A program made the position numbers and the translations under genes. From assembly GCA_964533825.1 (NCBI GenBank), contig CAZHMU010000003.1, forward strand, positions 90,964 to 154,963: a DNA stretch of 64,000 nucleotides, given 5' to 3'. Shown piece after piece: positions 27,055 to 36,475 of the stretch (its first letter is position 1; each line of letters starts with the position of its first letter). Source of the stretch: an uncultured Oscillospiraceae bacterium. Lineage in GTDB: Bacteria; Bacillota; Clostridia; Christensenellales; CAG-314. The notes beneath the pieces were generated by a model. That model searched no databases. It was not told where the DNA came from and saw only the letters and a list, made by a program, of their open reading frames with translations.

Positions 27055-28272
27055 TTAGTTCTTTTTGCGAAGAATGTCGCCAACTGTCAATGTGTATGGG
27101 CAGTTGATTTTGAGCAGTTGTTGCACTTTGTTGCAAACTTCAACTGGGTTGCCCTTGTCGTCAAGAGCGTACTCAACTGTAAATTGCTTGTTGGTGTCGG
27201 TAGTTGCGGAAAGGGTTTCCAGAGTTTCACCAACGACAAACTTGTTGCGTTGCTCCACGACTATGTAGCCATCGCCTGTTTCGCGCACTACTGCAATAAA
27301 CTTGTACTCTTCCACAGCCCTGCTTGATGGGTAGTACTGGCGAGTTTCCTGCTCGTCAAAGTAGAAACCGGTTGTGTAGGCGCGGTGAGATGCCTTGTCC
27401 AGCTCGGCAATGAGCTCGGCAATGAGCTGGTCATTGAAAGTATCGTTTGCAATAGCATCAAGTGCACGGCGGTAGGCATTTACTACCGTTGCCACGTAGA
27501 AGGGGGATTTCATACGGCCTTCGATTTTCAAACTCACAACGCCTGCGTCAATAATTTGTGGTAGGTGGGCAAGCATATTCATATCCTTGGAGTTGAAAAT
27601 GTAAGTACCGCGGTCATCTTCCATTACTGGCATATAGTCGTCACGACCCACTTCGCGCACTTCCCAAGCCCAACGGCACGCTTGGACGCAAGCACCACCG
27701 TTACTGTCGCGGTTGGTAAGGTAGTTACTCATCAAGCATCTGCCAGAGTAGCTAATACACATTGCGCCATGGACAAAGATTTCCAGTTCCGTTTGTGGGC
27801 AAAAGTTGTGGATGTTGGCAATTTCCTTGAGATTGACTTCGCGCGCCAAAACCACACGCTCAGCACCCTGTTCCGTCCAAAACTTGACGGCATGCTTGTT
27901 GGTTGTGTTGGCTTGGGTGGAGATGTGGATGGGAACATTGCAATGCGCTTTGACGTAACTAAACATTCCCACGTCAGACACAAGCACCGCATCTACTTGG
28001 GCATCTTCCAAAGCTTTCAAGTAGTCTTTTAGGTCGTCAAAATCTGGGTTGTGGGCAAATACGTTCAAAGTGACGTACACCTTTTTGCCAAGGTTGTGGG
28101 CATATTTTACCGCCTCGGCAATTTCCTCTTCGGTAAAGTTGTCGGCAAAGGCGCGCAAACCGTAGCGTTTACCTGCAAGATACACCGCATCTGCGCCAAA
28201 GTGAAAGGCGGTTTTTAGTTTTTCCATGTTGCCAGCTGGGGCAAGAAGTTCGATATGTTTGATGTTTTTCAT
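27055..28272 (-). CDS. Peptidase U32 family protein (TrhP/YrrO-like)
   Basis: MKNIKHIELLAPAGN...GADAVYLAG..YGLRA...VYVTLN. Start trimmed to 28272. Confidence 0.85.
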   Translation of the reverse strand: MKNIKHIELLAPAGNMEKLKTAFHFGADAVYLAGKRYGLRAFADNFTEEEIAEAVKYAHNLGKKVYVTLNVFAHNPDFDDLKDYLKALEDAQVDAVLVSDVGMFSYVKAHCNVPIHISTQANTTNKHAVKFWTEQGAERVVLAREVNLKEIANIHNFCPQTELEIFVHGAMCISYSGRCLMSNYLTNRDSNGGACVQACRWAWEVREVGRDDYMPVMEDDRGTYIFNSKDMNMLAHLPQIIDAGVVSLKIEGRMKSPFYVATVVNAYRRALDAIANDTFNDQLIAELIAELDKASHRAYTTGFYFDEQETRQYYPSSRAVEEYKFIAVVRETGDGYIVVEQRNKFVVGETLETLSATTDTNKQFTVEYALDDKGNPVEVCNKVQQLLKINCPYTLTVGDILRKKN

Positions 28273-28373
28273 AGTGAGTAAATTCGCACCTAACTTTGTG
28301 TGAGTTACAAATAGGTTTGGAAACGATTTTGTTTGAAACAGTTTTATGCAACCTTGCAATGGTTGGCACAGTT

Positions 28374-28961
28374 TTAGTTCAATTTTTTGGATATTGTTAC
28401 ACCATCGCCAATGCGAAAAAGTTCCGTTTGATAGCGTGGGTTTGTTGTGATGTCGTTGAGAAAAGCGTTCATGTTACGTGCCACAGTGATGTGCTTGTGG
28501 CGTTTGTTTTCTGGGACGTGTTCCACCAAACCTTTGTACAAAACATTGTCGCAAACAAGTGTGCCACCCAACTCCAACAGGTCGGTAAGATAGGGCAAAA
28601 AGACCTCGTACTGACCTTTGGGACCGTCCATAAAAATGAAGTCGTAGGTGCCTGTGAGCTGTGTGACAATTTCGCGTGCGTCGCCAACAAAGATGGTAAC
28701 GCGGTCAAGCACACCTGCATCGCGAAAGTTTTCGCGCGCCATTGTGGCGGATGACTCCAACAGCTCGATGGTGTTCAACGTTGCACTTTCGCAGGCGGAA
28801 AGCATCACGATACCAGAGTAGCCAATAGCTGTGCCAATTTCCAAAATGCGTTTGGGTTGGCAGTTGGCAACGGTATCGTAAAGTAGCTCCTTGGTGTCGT
28901 CCAACATCACTGGTATGAAGTTTTTGCGAGCAAATTGCTCAATAAGCTTTAATGATGGCAT
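28374..28961 (-). CDS. Class I O-methyltransferase (family 3; TrmR/YrrM-like)
   Basis: ILEIGTAIGYSG...FDFIFMDG.K..Y pattern. Start trimmed to 28961, because the longer track ORF reads into an intergenic repeat. Confidence 0.8.
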   Translation of the reverse strand: MPSLKLIEQFARKNFIPVMLDDTKELLYDTVANCQPKRILEIGTAIGYSGIVMLSACESATLNTIELLESSATMARENFRDAGVLDRVTIFVGDAREIVTQLTGTYDFIFMDGPKGQYEVFLPYLTDLLELGGTLVCDNVLYKGLVEHVPENKRHKHITVARNMNAFLNDITTNPRYQTELFRIGDGVTISKKLN

Positions 28962-29056
28962 AGAGAGTCTGTGAATAGGTAATAGTGAAGAGTGAATAGG
29001 TGATGATTGCACTTAGAACCTATTCTTTTTTGATATGGTAAGTGTTTTGAAGAAGG

Positions 29057-29083
29057 TGCGGATGAGCACAGCTCGCCCCTACG
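29057..29083 (-). repeat. REP-like hairpin
   Basis: Minus strand reads CGUAGGGGCGAGC-UGU-GCUCAUCC (7 of 8 paired), 45 nt after the rnj stop. Confidence 0.55.
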
Positions 29084-29127
29084 GAGCGAGAATATACGAC
29101 CAGTGAAAGCCTTTATGACAGTGAATG

Positions 29128-31062
29128 TTACACTTCCAAAATGACTGGCAAAATCATTGGGTTGCGTTTGAGTTGTTGACGGAAATACTTTTTGCAGGTG
29201 CGTTGGACAACCGTCTTGATGGATGCAATGCTTGTTGCTTTTTGTGCGATGATTTCCGCCAAAACGAGTTTTTTGACTTCGTCAATACGGCTGGTGCCTT
29301 CTTCGTCAAAGAAACATCCGCGCGAAGATACTTCCACATCGGTAACAACTTTGCCTGTGTATTTGTCCACACCAACTACGCACACCAAGATACCTTCTTC
29401 GGCAAGTGACAAGCGGTCTTTGAGGACAATGTTGCCAACGTCGCCAACACCAAAACCATCTACCATCACGTTGCCACCTTCTACCTTGCCCATAATTTTG
29501 AAGGTGTTTTTGTCCACTTCGATACAGTCGCAAAGCTCTGGGATAATTGTGTTGGAAGGCTTGTGTTTGAGTTTTGTAACCAAATCAGCGTGTTGCTTGA
29601 GATGGCGGTACTCGCCGTGTACAGGAATGAAATACTTGGGCTTTACAAGGGTGTAGACAAGTTTGAGTTCCTCTTGGCAGGCGTGACCTGATACGTGTAC
29701 TGCTGCCAATGCTGAGTACACTACTTGCGCGCCAAGGTGGTAGAGATTGTTGATTACATTGTTGATGGCGCGTTCGTTGCCGGGGATTGGGTTGGCGGAA
29801 ATGATGATTGTGTCGTTTTCGCCAATTTGCACCTTGTTGAACTCGCCACTGGCCATACGAGTGAGCGAAGACATTGGCTCGCCCTGGCTACCGGTGGACA
29901 AAATTACCAGTTTACCGTCGTCAATGTGGCCGATTTTGTCGATGTCCACAAAGATATCGTTGTCAACAGACAGGTGCCCAATGCGTGTGGATGCCTCAAT
30001 ATACTTGACCATACTTTTGCCTGATACGGCAATCTTGCGCTTGTAGGTTTTGGCAAGCTCGATGATCATACCAAGGCGGTCAACGTTTGATGCAAACGTC
30101 GCAACAATGATGCGACGGCCTTTGGCCTCTTGGAAGATTTGGTTGAACTGATCGGACACAACCGATTCACTCAAGGTATAACCAGGTTTTTCTACATTGG
30201 TGGACTCGGACAACATCAAGAGTACCCCTTGTTTGCCGATTTCCGCAATGCGGTTGATGTTCATAATTTCGTTGCCAAGTGGGGTGTAGTCGATTTTGAA
30301 ATCGCCTGTGTGCAACACTACACCAACCGGTGTGCGCAAACAGATGGCGCAACTGCCCGCAATTGAGTGGGATACGTGGATGAACTCCGCTGTAAAGTCG
30401 CCAACGGCAACTACCGACTTGTCGGCAACGGGGACAAAGTTAACTTTGTCCAAAACGTTGTGCTCGGCAAGTTTCATTTCCGCAAGAGCAAGCGTCAGTT
30501 TTGTGCCGTAGACATCCACCTTTTTGTTGAGTTTTGCCACCACGTATGGCAATGCGCCGATGTGGTCTTCGTGACCGTGGGTGAGCAAAATGCCTTTGAG
30601 TTTGTGTTGGTTTTCTTCAAGGTAGGTGATGTCTGGGATGACAACGTCAACACCTGGAGTTTCCGCACCGGGGAAGGTCATACCTACATCCAATACCACC
30701 ATTGTGTTGCCAAACTCAAACAAAGTCATGTTTTTGCCAATCTCACCCACACCACCAAGGAAAATCACTTTGAGTTTGCCCTTGGCTTGTGCTTGCGCAA
30801 AGGTGGGTTTTTGTTGTGCAGATGCCATTGGCGACAAGGTGTTCAATGCAACAGGTGCCTTGCCGTACTTTTGTTGTGGCTTTTGTTGAGATTTTTTGTT
30901 GGGCTTGTCCGCTTGCTTTTTGGCTGTGGACTTTGCCGATGTTTTGGTTGTAGATTGGGTTGTGGACTTGCCTTTTGTCTTGGGTTGTGTGAGCGTCAAG
31001 TTTGTTGACGGACCTTGATTTAGCGTTTGTCCACGAGAGTTTTGTTTTTTGTTAGATTTCAT
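29128..31062 (-). CDS. rnj: Ribonuclease J with a ~90-aa Lys/Gln/Thr-rich N-terminal extension
   Basis: LKVIFLGGVGEIGKNM...LLTHGHEDHIGALPY and full beta-CASP length. GAGGTA SD. Confidence 0.9.
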   Translation of the reverse strand: MKSNKKQNSRGQTLNQGPSTNLTLTQPKTKGKSTTQSTTKTSAKSTAKKQADKPNKKSQQKPQQKYGKAPVALNTLSPMASAQQKPTFAQAQAKGKLKVIFLGGVGEIGKNMTLFEFGNTMVVLDVGMTFPGAETPGVDVVIPDITYLEENQHKLKGILLTHGHEDHIGALPYVVAKLNKKVDVYGTKLTLALAEMKLAEHNVLDKVNFVPVADKSVVAVGDFTAEFIHVSHSIAGSCAICLRTPVGVVLHTGDFKIDYTPLGNEIMNINRIAEIGKQGVLLMLSESTNVEKPGYTLSESVVSDQFNQIFQEAKGRRIIVATFASNVDRLGMIIELAKTYKRKIAVSGKSMVKYIEASTRIGHLSVDNDIFVDIDKIGHIDDGKLVILSTGSQGEPMSSLTRMASGEFNKVQIGENDTIIISANPIPGNERAINNVINNLYHLGAQVVYSALAAVHVSGHACQEELKLVYTLVKPKYFIPVHGEYRHLKQHADLVTKLKHKPSNTIIPELCDCIEVDKNTFKIMGKVEGGNVMVDGFGVGDVGNIVLKDRLSLAEEGILVCVVGVDKYTGKVVTDVEVSSRGCFFDEEGTSRIDEVKKLVLAEIIAQKATSIASIKTVVQRTCKKYFRQQLKRNPMILPVILEV

Positions 31063-31391
31063 AGTACCTCATAAAATTACTGCAAAAAAGACAATCTCAA
31101 TAGGATTGTTTTTTGGGGATATTAGATTTATATATAAAACAGTTGTATCTTGCAAAAGCACAGCCTACAACATTGATTATCGTTGAAAAAGTAATTTGTC
31201 AAAATTACGACATATACAGTATACACCAAATTGGCAAAAAAAACAACTGTTTTGCTCGGTATCTTCAATTCGTAAAGTAGCTCCAAGAAGATAGTTGCAT
31301 TGTTTAGAGCTGTATACTCTTGTGATAGCCATCGTTTTGACAAGATTAAAAGGTAAAACAGAAATTGCTTTACGAAGTGAAATTTGGCATC

Positions 31392-31421
31392 TAAAAAGGA
31401 CTCGACGTAGTGTCAAGTCCT
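31392..31421 (-). terminator. Rho-independent terminator
   Basis: Minus strand: AGGACTTGAC-actac-GTCGAGTCCT followed by TTTTTAG. Confidence 0.7.
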
Positions 31422-31428
31422 TTGGAGA

Positions 31429-32403
31429 TTAGTTTTTCTTTTTGTTTTTGCGGTTGTATTGCTCGGTGCCTTCCAAAAGGATGGGTTTGAAGAAGTAAGG
31501 ATAGTTGTTTGACTCGTAGTACAAAACGAAGTTCAAGCACTTGATTACATAGAACAACACAAAGTTTACAACTGTCGAAAGGGAAAGTGAAATCCAGCGG
31601 TTTTCGTTGAAAAGATAGGCAACGGCTGTCAAAACTGTCATTACCACTATCACTATCAATGTGTGCAAAAATACTTTGCCAAAGTGCTTGATGGCAAGGG
31701 ACAAGCCTTCACCAAAGGCTGTACCCACCTTTTTAGCATCGTCGTTGTACACAACGGATGGCAAACAAAATGCCATAAATGCATGTCTGATTGCATACAA
31801 AAGCACCGCGATTACAAGTACAGGGATGATTGCTCCCCAACCAAAGATGAACATACAAATTGTTGCCATTGCAACGCTTCCTGCAACAATCAAGGTGTCA
31901 AACACGATGGAAAGCAACATTTGCCATCCCACAAATGCCACCGATTTACCCGCCTTTTTGAGCAAGAACCAGGTAAACGGACGTGCTGTGTTGGAACTCA
32001 TAAATTCGTCAATTTGGTAGCCGACAGCAATGTCGGTAAAAGATACCAAAAAGCGGTAAAGCAAGTATGCAAAAAGACAGATGATGACGGATACTTCCAC
32101 ACGGTTCCACATATTGGGCACCGACTCGATAGCAGTCTTGATACTGTCAACAAGACCTTTGAGGTCTTCGTTGATGAAGTGGTCAACGTTGAAAGTGCCG
32201 TTCAACAATGCTTGTACAGAGTGGGCAATGGTATCGCTTACACCATTGGTTTGAAATGCGTTCAAAACGTCTTCGGCAAGCGAACCAAATGCAAAGAATG
32301 CCAAAGCCAAAAACAACCCAAGTGACAAAAATTGGAACATTAAAGACTTTAGAAAAGCCTTCCAGTTGACAAGGGCTATGCGTAGAGTTTTACCAAATAA
32401 CAT
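31429..32403 (-). CDS. Polytopic membrane protein, unknown function
   Basis: 324 aa with about 6 TM segments. AAGGAGGG SD. Lys-rich C-terminus. Confidence 0.6.
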   Translation of the reverse strand: MLFGKTLRIALVNWKAFLKSLMFQFLSLGLFLALAFFAFGSLAEDVLNAFQTNGVSDTIAHSVQALLNGTFNVDHFINEDLKGLVDSIKTAIESVPNMWNRVEVSVIICLFAYLLYRFLVSFTDIAVGYQIDEFMSSNTARPFTWFLLKKAGKSVAFVGWQMLLSIVFDTLIVAGSVAMATICMFIFGWGAIIPVLVIAVLLYAIRHAFMAFCLPSVVYNDDAKKVGTAFGEGLSLAIKHFGKVFLHTLIVIVVMTVLTAVAYLFNENRWISLSLSTVVNFVLFYVIKCLNFVLYYESNNYPYFFKPILLEGTEQYNRKNKKKN

Positions 32404-32415
32404 TGTTTGCCCTCC

Positions 32416-33231
32416 TTAGCCGATGAGTACGCGAGAGATATCTTTACGCTCGCTACCGAGTGTTTTGTGATGAATCGTAAATGCCATGCAAGGCACGTAG
32501 TAGATGACAAATGCAAAGAACAATCCGTGAACAACGTTGCTGATTACTGGCACAACGTAGTCCAAGGCTACAACCAACGCTTGAATAAGTGTGTAGGCAA
32601 TGGCGTGTCCAACGCAAAGTTTGGTGTGTTTGGACATTTCGCGGATGGAGTAGGACAATGCAACGTTAAATGGGTAGCTCTCCGAGTAGGAAAGCGGAAA
32701 GCAAAGTAGCATAAGCATCCAGACGTACACTGTCACGCCGATATCCATACACAAAAGCACAAGACCGATGACGATGACGGCGTTCATTGGCAAAAATTTG
32801 CCAAGCACCCACAAAATACCAAATGTTACAAATTGCAAAAGTTGCAATGCCACAGCAAAGCAAGCGCAAAAAATAAGCATTGATGGCATAACTTTCATTG
32901 CACTTTTCAAGGGGAATACAACAAATCCGCCAACACGCATATGACGAGACACCTTTACAACCAACCAGCTAAATGTGATTGACAAAAGCACCAAGGAAAT
33001 AAGTCCGTACCACCAAGCATCAGCTTGACGAATCAGTGACATACCGTTCATCATTTCCGCAAGGTAGGTTTCTTCCGTAAGGTTGCCTCTTATCCAATCT
33101 TGCAAAAAGACTGTTTCGTTGCTGAAATTGGCAAAAATTGCCATAAAAACGGCAACAGGTAGTACGATGTAGATGTACTTCCAAAAGTTTCTAAAAAAGT
33201 AGGATATTGCTGATGAACTTTGATATCTCAT
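32416..33231 (-). CDS. Polytopic membrane protein, unknown function
   Basis: Start trimmed to 33231 (MRYQSSSAISYFF...) with GGAGGAGG SD. About 6 TM segments. Confidence 0.6.
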   Translation of the reverse strand: MRYQSSSAISYFFRNFWKYIYIVLPVAVFMAIFANFSNETVFLQDWIRGNLTEETYLAEMMNGMSLIRQADAWWYGLISLVLLSITFSWLVVKVSRHMRVGGFVVFPLKSAMKVMPSMLIFCACFAVALQLLQFVTFGILWVLGKFLPMNAVIVIGLVLLCMDIGVTVYVWMLMLLCFPLSYSESYPFNVALSYSIREMSKHTKLCVGHAIAYTLIQALVVALDYVVPVISNVVHGLFFAFVIYYVPCMAFTIHHKTLGSERKDISRVLIG

Positions 33232-33304
33232 AAAAGTTCCTCCTCCTTTGTTTGTGGAGCAAATGGCGTTATGGAACCAATTACCCAGTTTGCATAGTAC
33301 AATT

Positions 33305-33333
33305 ATTATACAGTATCCAAAAAGATTTTTCAA
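33305..33333 (-). promoter_or_regulatory. Sigma-70 promoter of the two membrane-protein genes
   Basis: Minus strand reads TTGAAA, a 17-nt spacer, then TATAAT. Confidence 0.55.
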
Positions 33334-33372
33334 GTGTTTTGTTGGAATATGATAATTTAATATACCAAAAGA

Positions 33373-33404
33373 ATAAAAAACGGAGTGGCGATTTGTCCAC
33401 TCCG
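33373..33404 (-). terminator. Rho-independent terminator closing the phage-like operon
   Basis: Minus strand: CGGAGTGG-(8 nt)-CCACTCCG followed by TTTTTTATT. Confidence 0.8.
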
Positions 33405-33460
33405 TTAGTTTGAGTTTGTTTGATATCTCGGTAATCAACGATACATTGTGTTCTGTACGC

Positions 33461-34390
33461 CTATTCCGGAAGGTTGTTTATGATCCAGCTGGTCAAGGAT
33501 GGGTAGTAGTCACCAAGATGGGTGGAAAGAAAGCTGTCACTTCCCACCACGTACAACGCTTCTTCCTGCCTCCAGCCGATAAAATACTGCTTGCAGTAGT
33601 TGTACTTTTCCGAAATCTTTTGCGATTCTACACCACTTTCGCCCAGTTCGGCATACAGTTGGGCGGCTTTCAATGCACGTTCGTACTCTGCTTGGCGAGC
33701 ATACTCCAATGCCTTTTGGCAACTGGCTTGGTACTTTGTTTCCTTTTCCGAAAGGGCTGTGTTGTACTTGGTGATGCGCTCCTCGTCCTTTTGCTCGCGG
33801 TACAAAAGTTCTTGATAACGTTCTTGGATGCGGAGCGCCAACTCCTCATCAAGAGAATTCAAGCCTTGTGTGTAGCGGTTTTCCAGCTCTTCCAGTTGCA
33901 CATCCACCGCATCCAGCAAACTGTCGTAGTGAATGATACTTTGGGATACTTGGTCGTTGTAGTCGGACAACGCATCATCGTTGGCTTTGGTTACTACCGA
34001 CGAAAAAATCAGTCCATTGTTGATAAGTTTACGGCGGAGTGTTTTGACTTCCGCATTGTATTTGTCCAACAACTCCGCAAGCTTTTTGCGCGAGCTTTCC
34101 GTAAGGCGCAGTTTTTGCGCTTCGTAGCCCTGTTTTGTGCGCAGGTAGCTCTGCTCGAAATTGCGCACTTTGTTTGTGTGGTTGGGGGTTACGTCAGCAG
34201 TGGCAAGTGCCAACAGTTCTTCCTCCGTTTTGGGGACGTACTCCATAGGCTCAAGTCCTAACGTTGGGGGCAGGTCGAGCTGTGGCTCTTGGTAATTGAG
34301 TGAATACTTTTTGTCAATGTCCAAGATGGTGTCCTTCAAATCTTGGTACATAGTGATTAGCTCTTGAGCGCGTTCGGTAGTGATACTCAT
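33461..34390 (-). CDS. Phage-cluster protein, coiled-coil rich, unknown function
   Basis: 309 aa. Its ATG overlaps the upstream stop (ATGA). Long heptad-like E/K/L/Q-rich stretches. Confidence 0.55.
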   Translation of the reverse strand: MSITTERAQELITMYQDLKDTILDIDKKYSLNYQEPQLDLPPTLGLEPMEYVPKTEEELLALATADVTPNHTNKVRNFEQSYLRTKQGYEAQKLRLTESSRKKLAELLDKYNAEVKTLRRKLINNGLIFSSVVTKANDDALSDYNDQVSQSIIHYDSLLDAVDVQLEELENRYTQGLNSLDEELALRIQERYQELLYREQKDEERITKYNTALSEKETKYQASCQKALEYARQAEYERALKAAQLYAELGESGVESQKISEKYNYCKQYFIGWRQEEALYVVGSDSFLSTHLGDYYPSLTSWIINNLPE

Positions 34391-35592
34391 ACTGATACCT
34401 CACTTGTGCGCGCTGTCAAAGAGAGCTGTTTGACAGACATTGCGCCGTTGGAGTGCAACTCCACTGTGATATGCTTGCCGTACCCCACCAAAAGCAAGGA
34501 TTGAGGAGTATCCTTGCCCTTTAGATTGTAGATACGACGTGCGTTGGACACAATGTGCACATCCACATCCGCTGCCGTTTGCACAATTAGCCTGTGCAGG
34601 TGTTTGGTTGTGAGTTTGTCATCAAAGTTAATGGGTTGGCTTGTCCAATGGCATTGTTGGCGAGTAGACGCAAGTTCGAAGCCATTTTCGCCATCACTTG
34701 TCAACAAACTTATGCCGTTGGACATGGCTGCGTTTACCTTTGCTTGATGTACGGACACAACCTTGCCACTGTGGGGATTGTGGGATGTGGCGGTATGTGT
34801 ACCGTCCGTTTGTCCAAAGAGATAGTACAAGCCTTTGTGCATTATGGCACATGTGGGCGTTGTATCCGTTTGCGCGATAACTTTCAAATTGCCGTTTTGC
34901 AGTGCCATAATGTTTCCGTTGGCTACAAACAAAATTTTGTTGCCGTAGGAACAAACTGTTTGTGGGTGCACCACTCCAACGCTTGTGCAAAGCTTTTTGA
35001 TTTGGATATCCGTCATTTCGCCATCCATTTGCAGTTTGTAGATGTTGTCGCCCACTGCGTACAACTCGCCATTGTTGACCAGCGCAACGCACTCGGTGGG
35101 CAAATCCACCCAAATGTCATCGGCAAAGGTTGTTTCCGTTGGGTTGGACATATACACGCGCTTGCCAGCAAGAGCAAAAAGTCTGCTTTGACAAAAGGCA
35201 AGGCTGTCCGCTTGAATGTCAGCAATTTTTTTGGGGTTGCCACTGAAAATTGTGTAGACGGCATTGTTGCCACTGACGGCCAAAGTGTTTGTGTTGTGGT
35301 CAAACGCCCAAACAACACTTTGGCAACCTGCCAGCTGCGGAAATGTTCGCACGCCCATTGTTAAACCTGTAGCTTTCAACGCTACTTGCTCGCCACCAAC
35401 AATTGCAAGGTACTGCAAAATACCATCGTCCTTTTGCACAAAGGCGCCAGCGTAATTCAAGCCGTTTGTAAATTGCACATTTGAGCAAGCTTGCATCACA
35501 ATTTTGCCTTTGGAACTTTGTGTAGAACAAAAGTCAGCAACGGCAGTGACACTGGCACCTTTTTTGAGTTTTTTGTGTGTTGGAAATATCAC
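34387..35592 (-). CDS. Phage-cluster protein, unknown function (repetitive beta-rich sequence)
   Basis: A GTG start at 35592 overlaps the upstream TGA (GTGA) and is preceded by AAGGAGGTG. The track start at 35649 has no SD. Confidence 0.55.
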   Translation of the reverse strand: MIFPTHKKLKKGASVTAVADFCSTQSSKGKIVMQACSNVQFTNGLNYAGAFVQKDDGILQYLAIVGGEQVALKATGLTMGVRTFPQLAGCQSVVWAFDHNTNTLAVSGNNAVYTIFSGNPKKIADIQADSLAFCQSRLFALAGKRVYMSNPTETTFADDIWVDLPTECVALVNNGELYAVGDNIYKLQMDGEMTDIQIKKLCTSVGVVHPQTVCSYGNKILFVANGNIMALQNGNLKVIAQTDTTPTCAIMHKGLYYLFGQTDGTHTATSHNPHSGKVVSVHQAKVNAAMSNGISLLTSDGENGFELASTRQQCHWTSQPINFDDKLTTKHLHRLIVQTAADVDVHIVSNARRIYNLKGKDTPQSLLLVGYGKHITVELHSNGAMSVKQLSLTARTSEVSV

Positions 35593-36146
35593 TTCCACCA
35601 CCTCCTTGCGGGCATTTTCATTGGGGAAATTTTGCGTGTTGCAATGCACAATGCATCGTGATACTTGGCAAGGTATCTTTCCATTTGCGCTTCGTCGCCG
35701 ATACTGTGAAAGTACTCGGCAAGCACGCCATAAGCAAAGGTACGTGGTGTAAGCCTTGGCGATGGTAAAACAAACTCGTCATCCCACCCTACTTGTGTGG
35801 GCAGTTTGGCATACAAAAGATTGAAGGTGCCGTTGTAGTCCACAAACAAGCCCCTTTCGGTATAGCGGAAGGGTACATCGTTGCCTTGACTGTCCGTTAG
35901 GCGGATGACTCTGTTCAAAAGCAGGTTTTGGGTATCAACGATACCATCTGCGCTTGATACAACTACTTTGCAAACGGACGTTGCCCAATTGCAGTACAAA
36001 TCTTCTAAAACCAAATTAGAAACGGTAAGCAAAAGTACTGCACAGTCGTTTTGGGCGTAGTCATCTCCTTGGTCTTGGTAGCAATCAGGTGGCAAATCCA
36101 AGTTTGCCAACTGTTTGCAAATTTTTGCTATTTGACTAACTTTCAT
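35589..36146 (-). CDS. Phage-cluster protein (position suggests head completion / adaptor)
   Basis: 185 aa with ATGA overlap to the upstream ORF. The call rests on gene order only. Confidence 0.5.
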   Translation of the reverse strand: MKVSQIAKICKQLANLDLPPDCYQDQGDDYAQNDCAVLLLTVSNLVLEDLYCNWATSVCKVVVSSADGIVDTQNLLLNRVIRLTDSQGNDVPFRYTERGLFVDYNGTFNLLYAKLPTQVGWDDEFVLPSPRLTPRTFAYGVLAEYFHSIGDEAQMERYLAKYHDALCIATRKISPMKMPARRWWK

Positions 36147-36382
36147 TGTTGCTCCTTTTTGCGAAAGTGAGTTCCTTGATTAGTGTTTTTGGGGAAAAGG
36201 AATAAAATAGAACCCTCTCCGTCTGCAACGTGCACCAGCCTTCGGCCCCGGTCGTAAACATAGTTTACTTCCACGCTTTGATTACAAACAACACACTCTG
36301 TTGTTTGCTTAACGCGTCGCGCCCAAAGTGATAGGCTTACACAAAGCACACTCATAAAAAACAAATTTTCAAGGTAACTCAA
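36143..36382 (-). CDS. Possible small phage-cluster protein
   Basis: 79-aa ORF with a TTG start and no clear SD. Retained only because it fills the gap and overlaps the next start. Confidence 0.3.
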   Translation of the reverse strand: MSYLENLFFMSVLCVSLSLWARRVKQTTECVVCNQSVEVNYVYDRGRRLVHVADGEGSILFLFPKNTNQGTHFRKKEQQ

Positions 36383-36475
36383 AAGGCAGTGTGCAAAAAC
36401 TGCTCCCCTGTGGCATTGTTGCTACTCGCATTGAGCTGGGGCGTTTTTGCAAAATTGCCTTGTTAGTGTGTTAGA

